Positions 1-12,465 of a DNA stretch of 64,000 nt are shown here, one piece after another. Position 1 is the stretch's first letter. Each line of letters starts with the position of its first letter. The notes beneath the pieces were generated by a model. That model was not told where the DNA came from and made no database searches. It worked only from the letters and a program-made list of their open reading frames with translations. The translations under genes were made by a program, and so were the position numbers. Location: the NCBI GenBank assembly GCA_030390025.1, contig JASTWF010000366.1:310001-374000 (forward strand), written 5' to 3'. This DNA comes from Squalus acanthias (taxonomy: Eukaryota).

Positions 1-71
1 CTCTTTGCCCCTCTTATTTTCTTTTTCACTTCTCTGAAATTTCTATATTTAGCCTGATTCTCAGATGTATT

Positions 72-3000
72 ACATAAGAAATAGGAGCAGGAGTAGGCCA
101 ATCGGCCCCTCGAGCCTGCTCCGCCATTCAATAAGATCATGGCTGATCTGATCCTAACCGCCAATCTACTATCTACTATCACAGAACCATCTCCTGCATC
201 TAACAGAATTGCACACACGAAATAGGAGCAGAATCAGGCTACACGGTCCCTGGGCCCGCTCCACTACCCACAGGGCCATGACCGATCCGAACCTAGACTC
301 ATGTCCAAATTCCTGCCCGCTCCCCGTAACCCTTAATGCACTTTACTTCTAGGAAACTGTCTATTTCTGTTTTAAATTTAATTAATGTTGTAGCTTCTAC
401 AGCTTTTTGTGGCAGCATATTCCATGGACCTACCACCCTCTGAGTGAAGTAGTTCCTCCTCATCTCAGTTTTGAAAGAGCAGCCCCTTATTCTAAGACTA
501 TGTCCCCTAGTTCTAGTCTCACCCGTCATCGGGAACATCCTCCCCGCATCCACCCGATCCAACCCCTTCACAATCTTATATGTTTCAATAAGATCGCCTC
601 TCATTCTTCTGAACTCCAATGAGTAGAGTCCCAATCTACCCAACCTCTCCTCATATGACCACCCCCTCATCCCCGGGATTAACCGAGTGAACCTTTTTTG
701 CACTGCCTCGAGAGCAAGGATGTCTTTCCTTAAGTAAGGACACCAAAACTGTATGCAGTATTCCAGGTGCGGTCTCACCAATACCTTATACAACTGAAGC
801 AATACCTCCCTATTTTTATATTCTATCCCCCTAGCAATGAAAGCCAACATTCCATTTGCCTTCTTAATCACTTGCTGCACCTGCATACTAACCTTTTGAG
901 TTTCATGCACCAGGACCCCCAGATCCCTTTGCACTTCAGTACTCTCCAGTTTCTTGCCATTAAGATAATAAATTGCTCTAGGATTTTTCCTGCCAAAGTG
1001 CATCACCTCACACTTTCCAGTGTTGTATTCCATCTGCCAAATCTCTGCCCACTTACTTAGCCTGTCTATGTCCCCTTGCAGGTTTTTTATGTCCTCCTCA
1101 CTCACTACTTTCCCTCCCATCTTTGTATCATCTGCAAATTTTGATATGTTACACTTGGTCCCTTCCTCCAAATCGTTAATATAGATTGTGAAGAGTTGGG
1201 GACCCGGCACTGACCCCTGTGGAACACCACTAGTTACTGATTGCCAGTCTGAGAATGAACCATTTATCCCAACTCTTTGCTTTCTGTTAGATAGCCAATC
1301 CTCTATCCATGCCAGAATATTACCCCCAATCCCGTGATTTTTTACCTTAAGCAATAATCTTTTGTGTGGCACCTTGTCAAATGCATTTTGGAAGTCTAAA
1401 TACACTACGTCCACTGGTTCCCCTTTATCCACTCTATATGTTACTTCCTCAAAGAACTCCAGCAAATTTGTCAAACATGACTTCCCCTTCGTAAAACCAT
1501 GCTGACTTTGTCCTATTAAATTATGATTATCCAAATGTCCTGTTACTGTTTCCTTAATAATGGACTCCAAAATTTTACCTACCACAGATGTTAGGCTAAC
1601 CGGTCTATAGTTACCAGCCTTCTGTCTACTGCCCTTTTTAAATAAGGGTGTTACATTAGCAGTTTTCCAGTCTGCCGGGACCTTAGCGGAATCCAGGGAG
1701 TTTTGAAAAATTATTACCAATGCATCTACAATCCCTACCGCCACTTCCTTCAAGACTCTAGGATGTAAGCCATCAGGTCCAGGTGATTTATCCGCCTTGA
1801 GTCCCATTATTTTACCGAGTACCACTTCCTTAGTGATTTTGATCGTGTTTAGCTCCTCTCCCCCTATAGCCCCCTGTTTGTCCAGTGTTGGGATATTCTT
1901 AGTGTCCTCTACTGTAAAGACTGATACAAAATATTCATTCAGTGTTTTTGCCATCTCCATATTTCCCACCATTAATTTCCCGGTCTCATCCTCTAAGGGA
2001 CCAACATTTACTTTAGCCACCCTTTTTCTTTTTATATAACTATAAAAACTCTTACTATCTGTTTTTATATTTTTTGCTAATTTACTTTCATAATCTATCT
2101 TCCCTTTCTTAATCAATCTTTTTGTTATTTTTTGCTGCCTTTTAAAGTTTTCCCAATCCTCTGTCCTCCCACTAGATTTCGCTACCTTATATGCCCTTGT
2201 TTTTAGTCGAATACTATCCTTAATTTCTTTACTTAGCCACGGATGACTGTCCTTTCTTTTACACCCTTTTCTTTTCAGTGGAATATATATTTTTTGGAAG
2301 TTGTAAAATAACTCCTTGAATGTACACCACTGATCATGTGTCGTCTTACCCTTTAATCTATTTTCCCAATCCACTCTACTCAATTCCGCTCACATACCTT
2401 CATAGTCTCCTTTATTCAAGCTTAGCACGCTTGTTTGAGATCCAACCTTCTCACCCTCTAATTGAATATGGAATTCAACCATGTTATGGTCACTCATTCC
2501 AAGGGGATCCTTTACTAGGACATTTTTAATTAATCCTGTCTCGTTACACAGGACCAGATCTAAGGTTGCTTGCCCCCTGGTCGGTTCAGTTACATACTGC
2601 TCAAGAAACCCATCCCTAATACACTCAATGAACTCATCCTCAAGGCAGCCCTGCCCAATTTGATTTGTCCAATTAATATGATAGTTAAAATCCCCCATAA
2701 TTATAGATGTTCCCTTATTACATGCCTCAACTATTTCCTGATTGATACTCCGTCCAACAGAGTTGCAACTGTTCGGAGGCCTATAGACTACGCCCACTAG
2801 TGTTTTTTTCCCCTTATTATTCCTTATCTCCACCCAAACTGTTTCATTATCATGATTTTTTGACCCAATATCATTACTCTGTATTACAGTGATTCCTTCC
2901 TTTATTAACATCGCCACCCCACCTCCCCTTCCTTCCTGCCTGTCCTTCCTGATCGTTAAATAACCTGGTATGTTTAATTCCCAGGCATTGTCACCCTGCA

Positions 3001-3385
3001 GCCATGTTTCTGTAATGGCCACAATATCAAAACCATATGTAGTTATTTGTGCCATTAACTCGTCTATTTTGTTACGAATGCTACGTGCATTCAGATAGAG
3101 AACTTTCAAATATGCTTTGTGGCACTTAGTTCCTGCTTTTTCACTTTTTACCACTTTACCTTTTACTCCACACACTCTGTCCCTTCCTGCCACGCTCTGA
3201 TTTGTGATTCCCCTACTGCTACCTATGTCTATGACCCTCTCTGTTGTCATTTTTATTTTTTGCTCTCTTGAAACCTCCCCCCCACTAATTAGTTTAAAGC
3301 CCTCTCCACAGCCCTAGTTATTCGATTCGCCAGGACACTAGTCCCAGCACTGGCCAAGTGAAGTCCGTCCCAACGGAACAGCTCT
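72..3385 (-). mobile_element. Young 5'-truncated CR1-clade LINE (HER1-like): ORF1 C-terminus, nearly intact ORF2, 3' tail
   Basis: ORF1 end ELFRWDGLHLASAGTSVLANRITRAVERALN* (3385-3289, SGNH-type DGLH). ORF2 has an APE endonuclease (NARS, TETW, VYRPP, GDFN, SDH) and RT (NYRPVSL, GVPQGS, FADD). The 3' tail ends ...cctactcctgctcctatttcttatg. Confidence 0.93.
299..3250 (-). pseudogene. LINE ORF2 (endonuclease-reverse transcriptase), about 983 codons, with a single in-frame TGA at 2392-2390
   Basis: ORFs 2390..3250 and 299..2383 are in the same frame; the junction reads GGT ATG TGA GCG GAA TTG. Confidence 0.9.
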
Positions 3386-4005
3386 CTCCTGCCTGACATC
3401 TGTTATACGCGCTCTTTTTCTGCTTCTTCTTACTCTCTATCTCTTTCGTCATCTCAGGAGCTCTGACTTTAGTTGCCCTACCTTTCCCCCTAGTGGGAAT
3501 GTACCTTGACTGTACCCGAACTATTTCCTCTTTAAAGGCAGCCCATTGTTCCACTACAGTTTTGCCTGCCAATCTTTGACTCCAATTTACCCGGGCCAGA
3601 TCCGTTCTCATCCCACTGAAATTGGCCTTCCCCCAGTTAAACATTTTTACTCTAGATTGCTCCCTGTCCTTTTCCATAGCTAATCTAAACCTTATGAGAC
3701 TATGATCACTGTTCCCTAAATATTTACCTACTGACACTTGCTCCACTTGACCTACTTCATTCCCCAGAACCAGATCCAGCAATATCTCCTTCCTCGTTGG
3801 GCCGGAAACATACTGATCAAGAAAGTTCTCCTGAACACAATTCAGAAATTCATACCCCTCCCTGCCCTTTACATTGTTACTATCCCAGTCTATATTAGGA
3901 TAGTTGAAATCCCCCATTATCACTACTCTATTGTTCTTGCATCTCTCTGTAATTTCCCTGCAAATTTGCTCCTCCATATTTTCCCCCCGAGTTGGTGGCC
4001 TATAG
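3386..4005 (-). mobile_element. CR1 LINE ORF2 fragment (endonuclease/linker); continues at 1..71 beyond the inserted younger LINE
   Basis: [15 protein letters not shown] and SDH motifs. 1..71 and 3386..3618 are colinear with the uninterrupted copy at 49883..50190. Confidence 0.88.
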
Positions 4006-4034
4006 AATTAACTCTGGAAATGTGTCATTTCCAG

Positions 4035-4210
4035 GTTCCGCTCACTGAGGCGGTGGATCCAGTGGACTTTGAGGATTATGTGATAATGCACCCTCCTATA
4101 ATTGATCCAGGTCCCTTAAGGGACTTGCTGGAATTCCCGCCAGATGACGTTGAAGTTATCTACAGCCCCAGAGAATGCCGAACACTAGTACAAGCTGTAC
4201 CCGAAGAAAG
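4035..4210 (+). CDS. DOCK7: DOCK7 coding exon (~exon 3), [14 protein letters not shown]...VQAVPEE
   Basis: tttccag| acceptor, AAG|gtaaga donor, 176 nt. Confidence 0.95.
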
Positions 4211-6719
4211 GTAAGAAATTCATTCTTAACTATGCAAACCAAAACATTTTGGTCAGATGTAAGTTTAAGTGTTCAAATAAAAATGAAAACAATAAGGGTT
4301 ATATATGCACAGCAGGTCAACCAACATGTGAAAGAGAAAGCTAGGTTAGATGGAGGGTCCCATTTGAAACATTAAATGCTGCAGATGCTGATGAATTTGC
4401 TATGCATTTCCAGTATTTTCTGTTTTTATTTCAACATTTCAGTGTTGCTGTTTTTTCTTTTTATTTCTACAGTTTAATTAGACAAAAGAGAGCTGGCTGA
4501 GTTACTTTGTCAAGCTGAACTTGAATCTTTTTGCTCATTACACGCCAATCTTTAGGATATATTTGGCAGAGTACAAAATCATCAGCCTAATACGTAACTG
4601 CAATAAAAAAGGCAGACAAACAAATTACTGGATTTATTATCAGTGAGATACAGTAACCCACAGTTATTAAAAGAAATAGGTGAGGAAATTGCAGATGCGT
4701 CAGTCAGAATTTTCCATAACACTCTAGATTGGGAACGGTAATCCAGAGGCCTGGAGACAAGAGTTCAAATCCCACCAATTAAATAAACCTGGAATTTAAA
4801 AAAAAAGCTAGTACCAGACTCCGCACTTGTAATAGTTAATTTTCTGTGCCAGAAATGTTGACTGGCAGTAATTAACACTTATCACGTTGTTGAAAGGGTA
4901 CTTAGACTGGAAATGACTTGACTTAACTTTCTGTGGCGAGTTTAGTTCGTATCTGCCACACAAATACAGCAACTTCACGCCATTCATTGCATTTCAATGG
5001 TGAGACAGACAGCGAGATGCCGTTTTCGCCAAGTTAACGGTGAAGTGGCGCAACTTGGACATCAACTTTTGGGTATTGTATTTAACCGCGCATCTGCTTT
5101 TCGCCTGAAGTTGCTTTACAATTTACGCATAAATAACAGCGAGCGCCATTAGCCTCACCGTTATTTTGACAGCAAAATCCGACCCATTAAATGAGTGGGC
5201 AAAACTATGGCAGATGGAATTCAGTGTGAAAAAATGTGAGGTCATCCACTTTGGATCTGAAAAAAGAGAAATTAGAATATTTTCTTAATGGTGAAAGGAC
5301 CTGTGGAGGAGCAATGGGATTTAGGTGTCCATCTACACAATCATTAAAAGCTAGTGCAAAGGTACAAAAAGTAATCAAAAAGGCTAATGGAACGTAGGCC
5401 TTGATGTCAAAGGGGTTGGAATTCAAAGGTGAGGAAGCGTTGCTTCAGTTGTACGGAGCCTTGGTCAGACCCCATCAAATTTGATTTATTGTCTTGAAGG
5501 ATTCAAAAGCCAAGGAACAGATGTTAAAAATTAAGAGTAAAAGAAGGGAATCAGATGGAACTTTTTTATACAAAAAGATGTTGGGTTCTCCTCTGAATTC
5601 AAAGTTACTTAATTTAAATTGTCTGATGATTCAAAATTTTAGCACTAAATTTCCACTCTGTTATGATTTTATGTTGCTTAATTCAAAGTAATGGCCAATT
5701 CAAATTTTTTAGCTCAAAACAGTACCTTGAATTATCAGTAGTCTGTAATCGAGTTGTTGAATAGGTTATTATGCAAGGCCCGATGCAGCCAACATAAATG
5801 GATGCAAGAGATACGTATCTGGAGAGAGAAAGGATTGAGAGAGATGGCGAGAAGGCAGGTAGGTGAGGTTCATCTATTAAAAAGGGATGGGCTTGTTGGT
5901 CTTAATGGCATTATTTCCCCCAAAGTGTTTGTGTTATTAAAACAAACAAGTCAGGTCATCTGATAAATACAGAACTAATTTTATTTTATATTTACATTCT
6001 TGAAATTGTGTTGTGTATTTTTTGGATTCAGAATGAACATTCTAAATAATAATCTGTGGGGGGGTGGGAAATGTCCATTTAGTTTATAAAATACACGTGG
6101 AGTCTATATTAGTGCGATTGTGTTTCCCACAAAAAGCCACAAACTTTTTATAAAACAGCAACTTAATTTGTACAACACCTTTAACATTTTTAAACATCTC
6201 AAGGTGCTTCACAGTTGGGGGTCAGAGCAGGGGGAAAATTAGGAGAGGTGGCCCAAGACACTGTCGAAGAGGGAGATTTTAAGGAGGTCTTTGAAGGTGG
6301 GAAGCGATGAAGCAAGGCCAGAGGGGTTTGGAGGGAGAATTTCAGGGTGTAGGGGTAAGATGACTGAAGACCGCGCCACTGCATACAGCATGAAATACAT
6401 TTGTGAAGATGCTAGCAATATGTGGGACTTGGGGTGCTGTACTAGGTTAGCTCACTGCCCTTTTACTACTCGGACTGGGGTTTGAACCCAGCCGATAAGA
6501 TAAAAGCCAATTCTGTCTGTTTGCTGTGTATAAAATGATTTTGGCATTTTAGCCCAGTTCTAAATATGTCTGTTTAACTGTGCCAAAATGCCCCTAATGC
6601 GGGTGTATTAGGCAATGCTGATATGAGGTTGGGAGTAAGGCACATTGTTGGGTCTATCCCACAGTCCTCTTGTCTTGCTTTATTATCTCACTGAAAAAGA
6701 CCGCTTCCAGACTATTACA

Positions 6720-6885
6720 AAAAGCAAACTACTGTGGATGCTGGAAATCTGAAATATAAACAGAAAATGCTGGAAATACTCAGCAGGTCAGGCAACATCT
6801 GTGGGGAGAGAGAAACAGTTTCTCTCTTCACAGATGCTGCCTGACCTGCTGAGTATTAACAGCATTTTTTGTTTATATTTAGCTT
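6720..6885. repeat. Palindromic dispersed repeat (probably derived from Penelope-like termini)
   Basis: aaacagaaaatgctggaaatactcagcaggtcaggcaacatctgtg / cacagatgctgcctgacctgctgagtattaacagcattttttgttt; relatives at 4370..4450, 14200..14295, 25310..25765 and 27130..27230. Confidence 0.65.
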
Positions 6886-6994
6886 CCAGACTATCTCTGA
6901 CTAGTGGTTGGAAAGAAAAATGAGGGAGGCTTGAGAAAAGCCAGTTAGTATACATTTGGCTAGTCAGTGTAAGATATATTCCTGTAAAATCAAA

Positions 6995-7520
6995 TCATAG
7001 AATTTTACTGCATAAAAGGAGGCCATTCAGCCTATTGCACTTATGCCATCACTTTTAAAGAGCTATCCGCTTAGTTGCATTCCCTGCCCTATAGCCATGG
7101 CCTTTTAAATTTTTCTTTTTAAAATATTTATCCACCTCCTTTTTTAAAACTATTATGGATTCTGCTTCCATCACTGTTTCTGGCAGGACATGCCATGTTT
7201 TAATAACCCTCCGTGAAAAACAATCTCCTCATTTCTCCCTTTGTTCTTTTGGTGGTGATCTGAAATTCATGTCCTGACTCGCCAACCAGTGGAATAATTT
7301 TTCTCAATTTACCTGATAAAAAACCCTTTATAATTTTGAACCCCTCTAACACATTGCCTTTTAACCTTCTCTGCTGTAATAAAAAGAGTGCCAGTTTCTC
7401 TATTCTGTCCTCATAACTAAAGCCTCTCATCCCTGGTATTATCCTAGCGTATCTCTTCTCTACTCTCTCCATGGTCTTGGCATCTTTCTTAAAGTGGGTT
7501 CCCCAAAACTGGGCACAATA
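6995..7520 (-). mobile_element. Degenerate CR1 3' fragment (others at 5188..5475 +, 38870..39830 -, 59440..59735 +, 41290..41490 +, 9330..9460 -)
   Basis: MERVEKRYARIIPGMRGFSYEDRIEKLALF resembles the ORF2 C-terminus of the LINE at 299..2383. Confidence 0.75.
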
Positions 7521-7724
7521 TTCTTTAGGATTATGGGGGGAATTCCATGGAATATCCTTTCCACTTCAATACACAGTGGTAGCACTTAGTGGTAGCATTT
7601 TAAGGGAACTGGTCAAATCTTATTTTATCAGTGAAATGTTTTAAAATATAAAACGTATTTGGGGAAAGCCACTTTGTCCACTCTTCATTTTTATAATTAA
7701 TGTCATTTATATCCTTATTTTCAG

Positions 7725-7793
7725 TGACGTGGACCCTCATGTCAGGGACTGTGTCAAAACCTACACTGAGGACTGGGCTATCGTGAATCGAAA
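7725..7793 (+). CDS. DOCK7: DOCK7 coding exon (~exon 4), (S)[22 protein letters not shown](K)
   Basis: ttttcag| acceptor, |gtaagt donor, 69 nt, phase matches neighbours. Confidence 0.95.
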
Positions 7794-7889
7794 GTAAGTG
7801 TTAAGTTGTATATTCGTTTTACTAAAGTTCAGTCTATGTGCTTAGTGAGGTTTAACTGTAATGCAATTTTTTAAAATTTATATAACCAG

Positions 7890-8019
7890 GTATCACAAAC
7901 TCAGCACAGGATTTAATCCCAACACACTTGACAAACAGAAGGAAAGGCAGAAGGGTTTACCAAAACAGATCTTTGAGTCGGATGAAATCCCAGACACCAA
8001 CAGTTACCAGGATGATCAG
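7890..8019 (+). CDS. DOCK7: DOCK7 coding exon (~exon 5), [11 protein letters not shown]...SYQDDQ
   Basis: accag| acceptor, CAG|gtgaag donor, 130 nt. Confidence 0.95.
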
Positions 8020-8845
8020 GTGAAGCACTTCGTTGACAGTATTTACAAAGCGAAAATTAGATAAAATACCTGGGGTGAGTTACAGGCTGGTATCAACATC
8101 AACATCAACATCACAAAAACAGATAATCTGGTCATTATCACATTGCTGTTTGTGGGAGCTTGCTGTGCACTAATTGACTGCCGTGTTTTCTACATTACAA
8201 CAGTGACTACACTGCAAAAGTACTTCATTGGCTGTAAAGCGCTTTGGGATGTCCTGAGGTCGTGAAAAGCGCTATATAACTGCAAGTCTTTCTATCTAAT
8301 CAAGGGGCAGTTGTGGCTTATATGTATAGAATAATCAATACCCAGGAGTAAGATGCAGACTGTAATCTACTTGAAGTTAGATGACATCATAAAATAAGAA
8401 CTTGTATTTATATAGTGCCTTGTCAAGTATTTCAAACATCTCAAAGTGCTTCACGCACAATGAATTTCTGGAATTATAGTCACTTATAGAAACAAATGAG
8501 GCATCCACCCCACAGAGGCCCAACAAACAGCAATGAGTTGGACGTCCAGTTAATATATTTATTCTATAAGAAAAGATGTATCAATACTAAACAGTAGCAA
8601 AATGTTCTGCAGAAGAACCCTAATCCCCAGAGGTAATTTAGCAAAGCTCCAGAAAATTCACTCCCTTGTACCTCAACTATTCAACCCGCATTTGTTGTTT
8701 ACAGAGAAAATTGCCTTCTCATTATTTTCTATGCCTACTATTATGGTATCTGCAAATTTAGGGATTTTACTAACAATGCTCTAGGTTTGTAGGCCGCTTA
8801 ATTAAAAACAGCGCGAGTTGAGATGCACAGGGTATTATTGTAGAT

Positions 8846-9180
8846 CAGACAGTGAACTTTCACCTCTGCATCTCGGTTCAAAATAAACCTATATTGTTGA
8901 GATGAAAGTTTCCTTTGTCTGTTGGCTGCAATGGTCCTACAGTAAATGGCTTTGGGGTGGTCTTAATTGTGGTCTTACTGGGCATGGGCCCACAGCACAA
9001 CACTACCTTTAACTTGGCAGTAGTTGACACTGATTTGGCGATCTCGGTCAAGAGGCTACAAGGCATCTGGGAAGCAGAAAGGTTCATACTAGTGAGTTAG
9101 GAGGTGCCTTTCTGAGGTTAGGGTGAAGAATATTGTTGGGATAGACCAGAGTGAGCATTATTTTTTGAATTGAGCCTAAG
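8846..9180 (+). mobile_element. Old tRNA-derived SINE, LF-SINE-like (decayed copies near 6430..6660, 10500..10745, 14400..14645, 49340..49540, 54590..54830)
   Basis: Recurrent motifs ctttcacctct..ggttcaaa, gggcatgggcccacagcacaa and tggcactaattg resemble the recalled LF-SINE consensus. Confidence 0.5.
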
Positions 9181-10182
9181 TCATAGAGCAACATGTAGAT
9201 TACTGTACATACAGCCTTCGTGGTACGGTAGTAACCTACTAGAAACAGCAAGCAACACAAGAACATTGCACTTTTGTTGCAGGGAAATCACTCATCCATG
9301 TTCGCGCTCCATTGGGAGTGGTATTTAAGAACATAAGAACTCGGAGCAGGAGTAGGCCATTCGGCCCCTCGAGCCTGCTCCGCCATTCAATAAGATCATG
9401 GCTTATCTTCGACCTCAACTTCACTTTCCTGCCCTATCCCCATATCCCTTGATCCCCTTTTAAGTTAAAATGTTAAATTTAATTTTTCCTTCAATAAAAA
9501 ATGAAGCACTCGCTGCATAAATAATCAAAATGATAGATCACAGATTTAAATTTGCCTGACATAATTCACTTGTCGATTTGTTGCTCGTAATTGTATATTT
9601 TTTGAGCAAAAAATAAAAAAAATATTTATCTTTCTGCTCCATCACAGAGCCTGTGTTGCTCACAGTTTAGCAAGTGTGTATCTGGGATTGCAGAATGTCT
9701 CTGAAACTATATTTAGTTCTGTAGTGGTAGTTTTTCTCTAAATGAGCTTAAAGTAATGGTACTCATAATAAACCCTTAGAGTCATTTGCTCAGCAGACTT
9801 GCTGCTCCATGTGCCTTCTGAGCTTCCATTCATTGCAGTTTTTTGTTCCCTCCTCTATCTTTCCAGCAAAAAAAGATCAAGGGAGTAATATTAGAAGGGT
9901 TATCCCAGCATTCACAGAGCAAGTGAAATATCCCTATTTCGTGCAATTTTTTTTCTCTTTCAGTGGGGAAGCGCCAGGGTTTCATTCAGCACCTGCCCAT
10001 TCATAGTATAGTTGAAATCAGGAGCTCACTGTGTGGGGAATCGCAGGCCTGGATCTGCACCCTGTCAGTGCATTGTATTGCAACATTCCTGAGAGTGGCC
10101 CTTGAACAAGACATTGATTTTTAATGTGGATCTCAACAAAAAGTTAGAGCACGGAACTAAACAAATGACTCTCTGTTTGCAG

Positions 10183-10395
10183 GATGATTTGAAACGTCGT
10201 TCTGTATCAATAGATGATACTCCTAGAGGTAGCTGGGCCTGCAGTATTTTTGATCTCAAAAACTCACTTCCTGATGCTGTCCTTCCAAATCTACTTGATC
10301 GATCTCCAATTGAAGAAATAGACCAACAGAACGAAGAACAGAGGAAGGGAAATCGACACAAGGAGCTGTTTGCACTTTATCCTGCACCGGAAGAG
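10183..10395 (+). CDS. DOCK7: DOCK7 coding exon (~exon 6), [12 protein letters not shown]...LYPAPEE
   Basis: gtttgcag| acceptor, GAG|gttgga donor, 213 nt. Confidence 0.95.
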
Positions 10396-12211
10396 GTTGG
10401 AAAATTAATCGTGTGTGTTTGATGGAGCTCTGCACCATGCAATTTCATATTGTGATCTTTTCAGTGCCATGTAACGTGGTTTTATGTAAAGATGAACAGT
10501 ATTAATTGGCACTAATTGATGTTAATTGGCCACTTCACTCAGAAACCATGGGATGGCAGGTGTGGGAAATGAAAAATGTCACACTGATGCAGGAGGTACT
10601 ATTCTGAGATTAGAGGGAATTTTGCTCTACATCTATCCTGTGCTGTGCCTGCCCTGGGAGTACTTGATGCTGACACTAGATACCTGAATTGCAAAGTGTT
10701 CCATTCTCCAGTGCTAACATTCCTCACAATGATAAGTACAAAATTCACAAATCAAATAAAGTTAGCAAAGGCGCCTTCGACAGCACCCCCTAAACCCGCG
10801 ACCTCTACGACCTAGAAAGACAAGGGCAACAGGCGCATGGGAACACCATCACCTGCAAGTTCCTTTTCAAGTCACACACTATCCTAACTGGAAATATATC
10901 ACCATTCCTTCATCGTCGCTGGGTCAAAATCCTGGAACTCTCTCCCTAACAACACTGTGGGAGTACCCTCACCACACGGACTGCAGCGGTTCAAGAAGGT
11001 GTCTCACCGCCACCTTCTCAAGGATAATTAGGGATGGGCAATAAATGCTGGCCTTGCCAGCGACACCCACATGCCAGGAACGAATAAAAAAAATGATATT
11101 TTGTGTACATATAACACTGCATATATGTACACGAACAATAGATCCACTTAATCATTTGCTATGATGTGAGCTGATATTTATTTTTCTCCACTTTCAAAAT
11201 GTTTAAACCAGTTCTGCATAAATTAACTTTTTGGCACTAATATAAACAACACTTCCCCTTTTTTATTGAATATAATTTTCTCTCCTGCTCCTCAGTCTGT
11301 CGAGGACACACACCACCCATAGCTGAGCTTGTGGGTAGATTGTTTTCCTGCAATCAAGCATGTGGATTGGGTGCTGCTTCCAGCTGAGTGTGTGGGCAGT
11401 TGCTTTGAAACCAGCCATATGTGAAAATTGTCTTTGGGAGTGACTCTGCCTTTATTTTTTTTCCGCTTCTGTTCTTGTCAGTAAGTCCTTGACTTTCATT
11501 TCCCCATTCCCAGATGCACACAAGGACAGAAACTTGGCATAGAGCAAACCCTGGCACTCCCACCCAACTCCTTCACTTGCAGTCGGCCAGGAAATTCTTT
11601 TTACATAACATTCATGGTTTCTCCACCCCCCCGCCCCCGCAACTTTCTTCCCTACTCTCTGAAGATGACTCAATCCTGGAATACAGTTCACTGGCTTCAA
11701 CAGCCCACTGTCCAATTTGCCATTCTTCATGTGTGAGCCTGCTCAGTGAGTGTCAGGCTATTCGACACTGGAGGGCATCACAGCCTTCCCTGACCCTTTC
11801 CTCATCCATTGTTCACGTGAGCACTTCTCAGCAGAGCTCATTGGGCAGCTATCAGGAGCACGAGTCCCGGCTGATTTCCCTCGCTATTTTAGGAACGGCA
11901 AGGCTAATTGTAGCACCCCAACTGCTGCCCTGGCTAGAAATAAGCTGACTCAGGACAGACAAGGAATTGAATCTAGAACCTTCTGACCTATATGACTGAA
12001 TACCACACAATATAGTGTATTTCCCAACATAGCCATTGGGGGAGGGGGCGGGTCTTTGAAATGGTCCAATGAGGACTGTGACTGCGTGAAGTACTTGTCA
12101 GACATTTTGTATCCTCTTTTTTGGGAGGTTATGCCAAGCAATAAATGTTTGTTGGTGTGCCCTGTACTAATGATGAGCTAACTTCTGTTCTCTGTTTCAA
12201 ACTGATTGCAG

Positions 12212-12297
12212 GATGAACCAATAGAAAGGCACAGTATCCCAGAAGTTCCCCGAGAACACTTCGGTCAAAGACTGCTTGTAAAATGCTTATCATTGAA
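12212..12297 (+). CDS. DOCK7: DOCK7 coding exon (~exon 7), [28 protein letters not shown](K)
   Basis: ttgcag| acceptor, |gtacgt donor, 86 nt. Confidence 0.95.
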
Positions 12298-12398
12298 GTA
12301 CGTGTGCTTTTTTAAAAAAGAGTTGTGAATTATTAAATTTTATATAATTTACAAAACATTCCCTTGCAACTTAAAAAAAAAAATTCTTGTCTTTATAG

Positions 12399-12465
12399 GT
12401 TTGAAATTGAAATTGAGCCAATCTTTGCAAGTTTGGCTTTGTATGATGTCAGAGAGAAGAAAAAG
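12399..12465 (+). CDS. DOCK7: DOCK7 coding exon (~exon 8), [22 protein letters not shown]
   Basis: ctttatag| acceptor, AAG|gttggt donor, 67 nt. Confidence 0.95.

Noticed and set aside
299..2383. RT as part of a retron, DGR, group II intron or defence system
   Set aside because: An APE endonuclease, FADD motif, CR1-type C-terminus and 3' tail identify an ordinary vertebrate non-LTR retrotransposon
2390..2392. In-frame TGA as selenocysteine or programmed readthrough
   Set aside because: The related copies read MRTDL at this position, so a nonsense mutation of an Arg codon is simpler; no SECIS was recognised
3318..3977. 219-aa ORF as an independent endonuclease gene
   Set aside because: A CR1 ORF2 fragment whose C-terminus runs out of frame into the ORF1 remnant of the inserted LINE
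3738..4214. 158-aa ORF fusing antisense LINE sequence to DOCK7 exon 3
   Set aside because: It starts at TTG, and a good acceptor at 4034 explains the DOCK7 part; the read-through is chance
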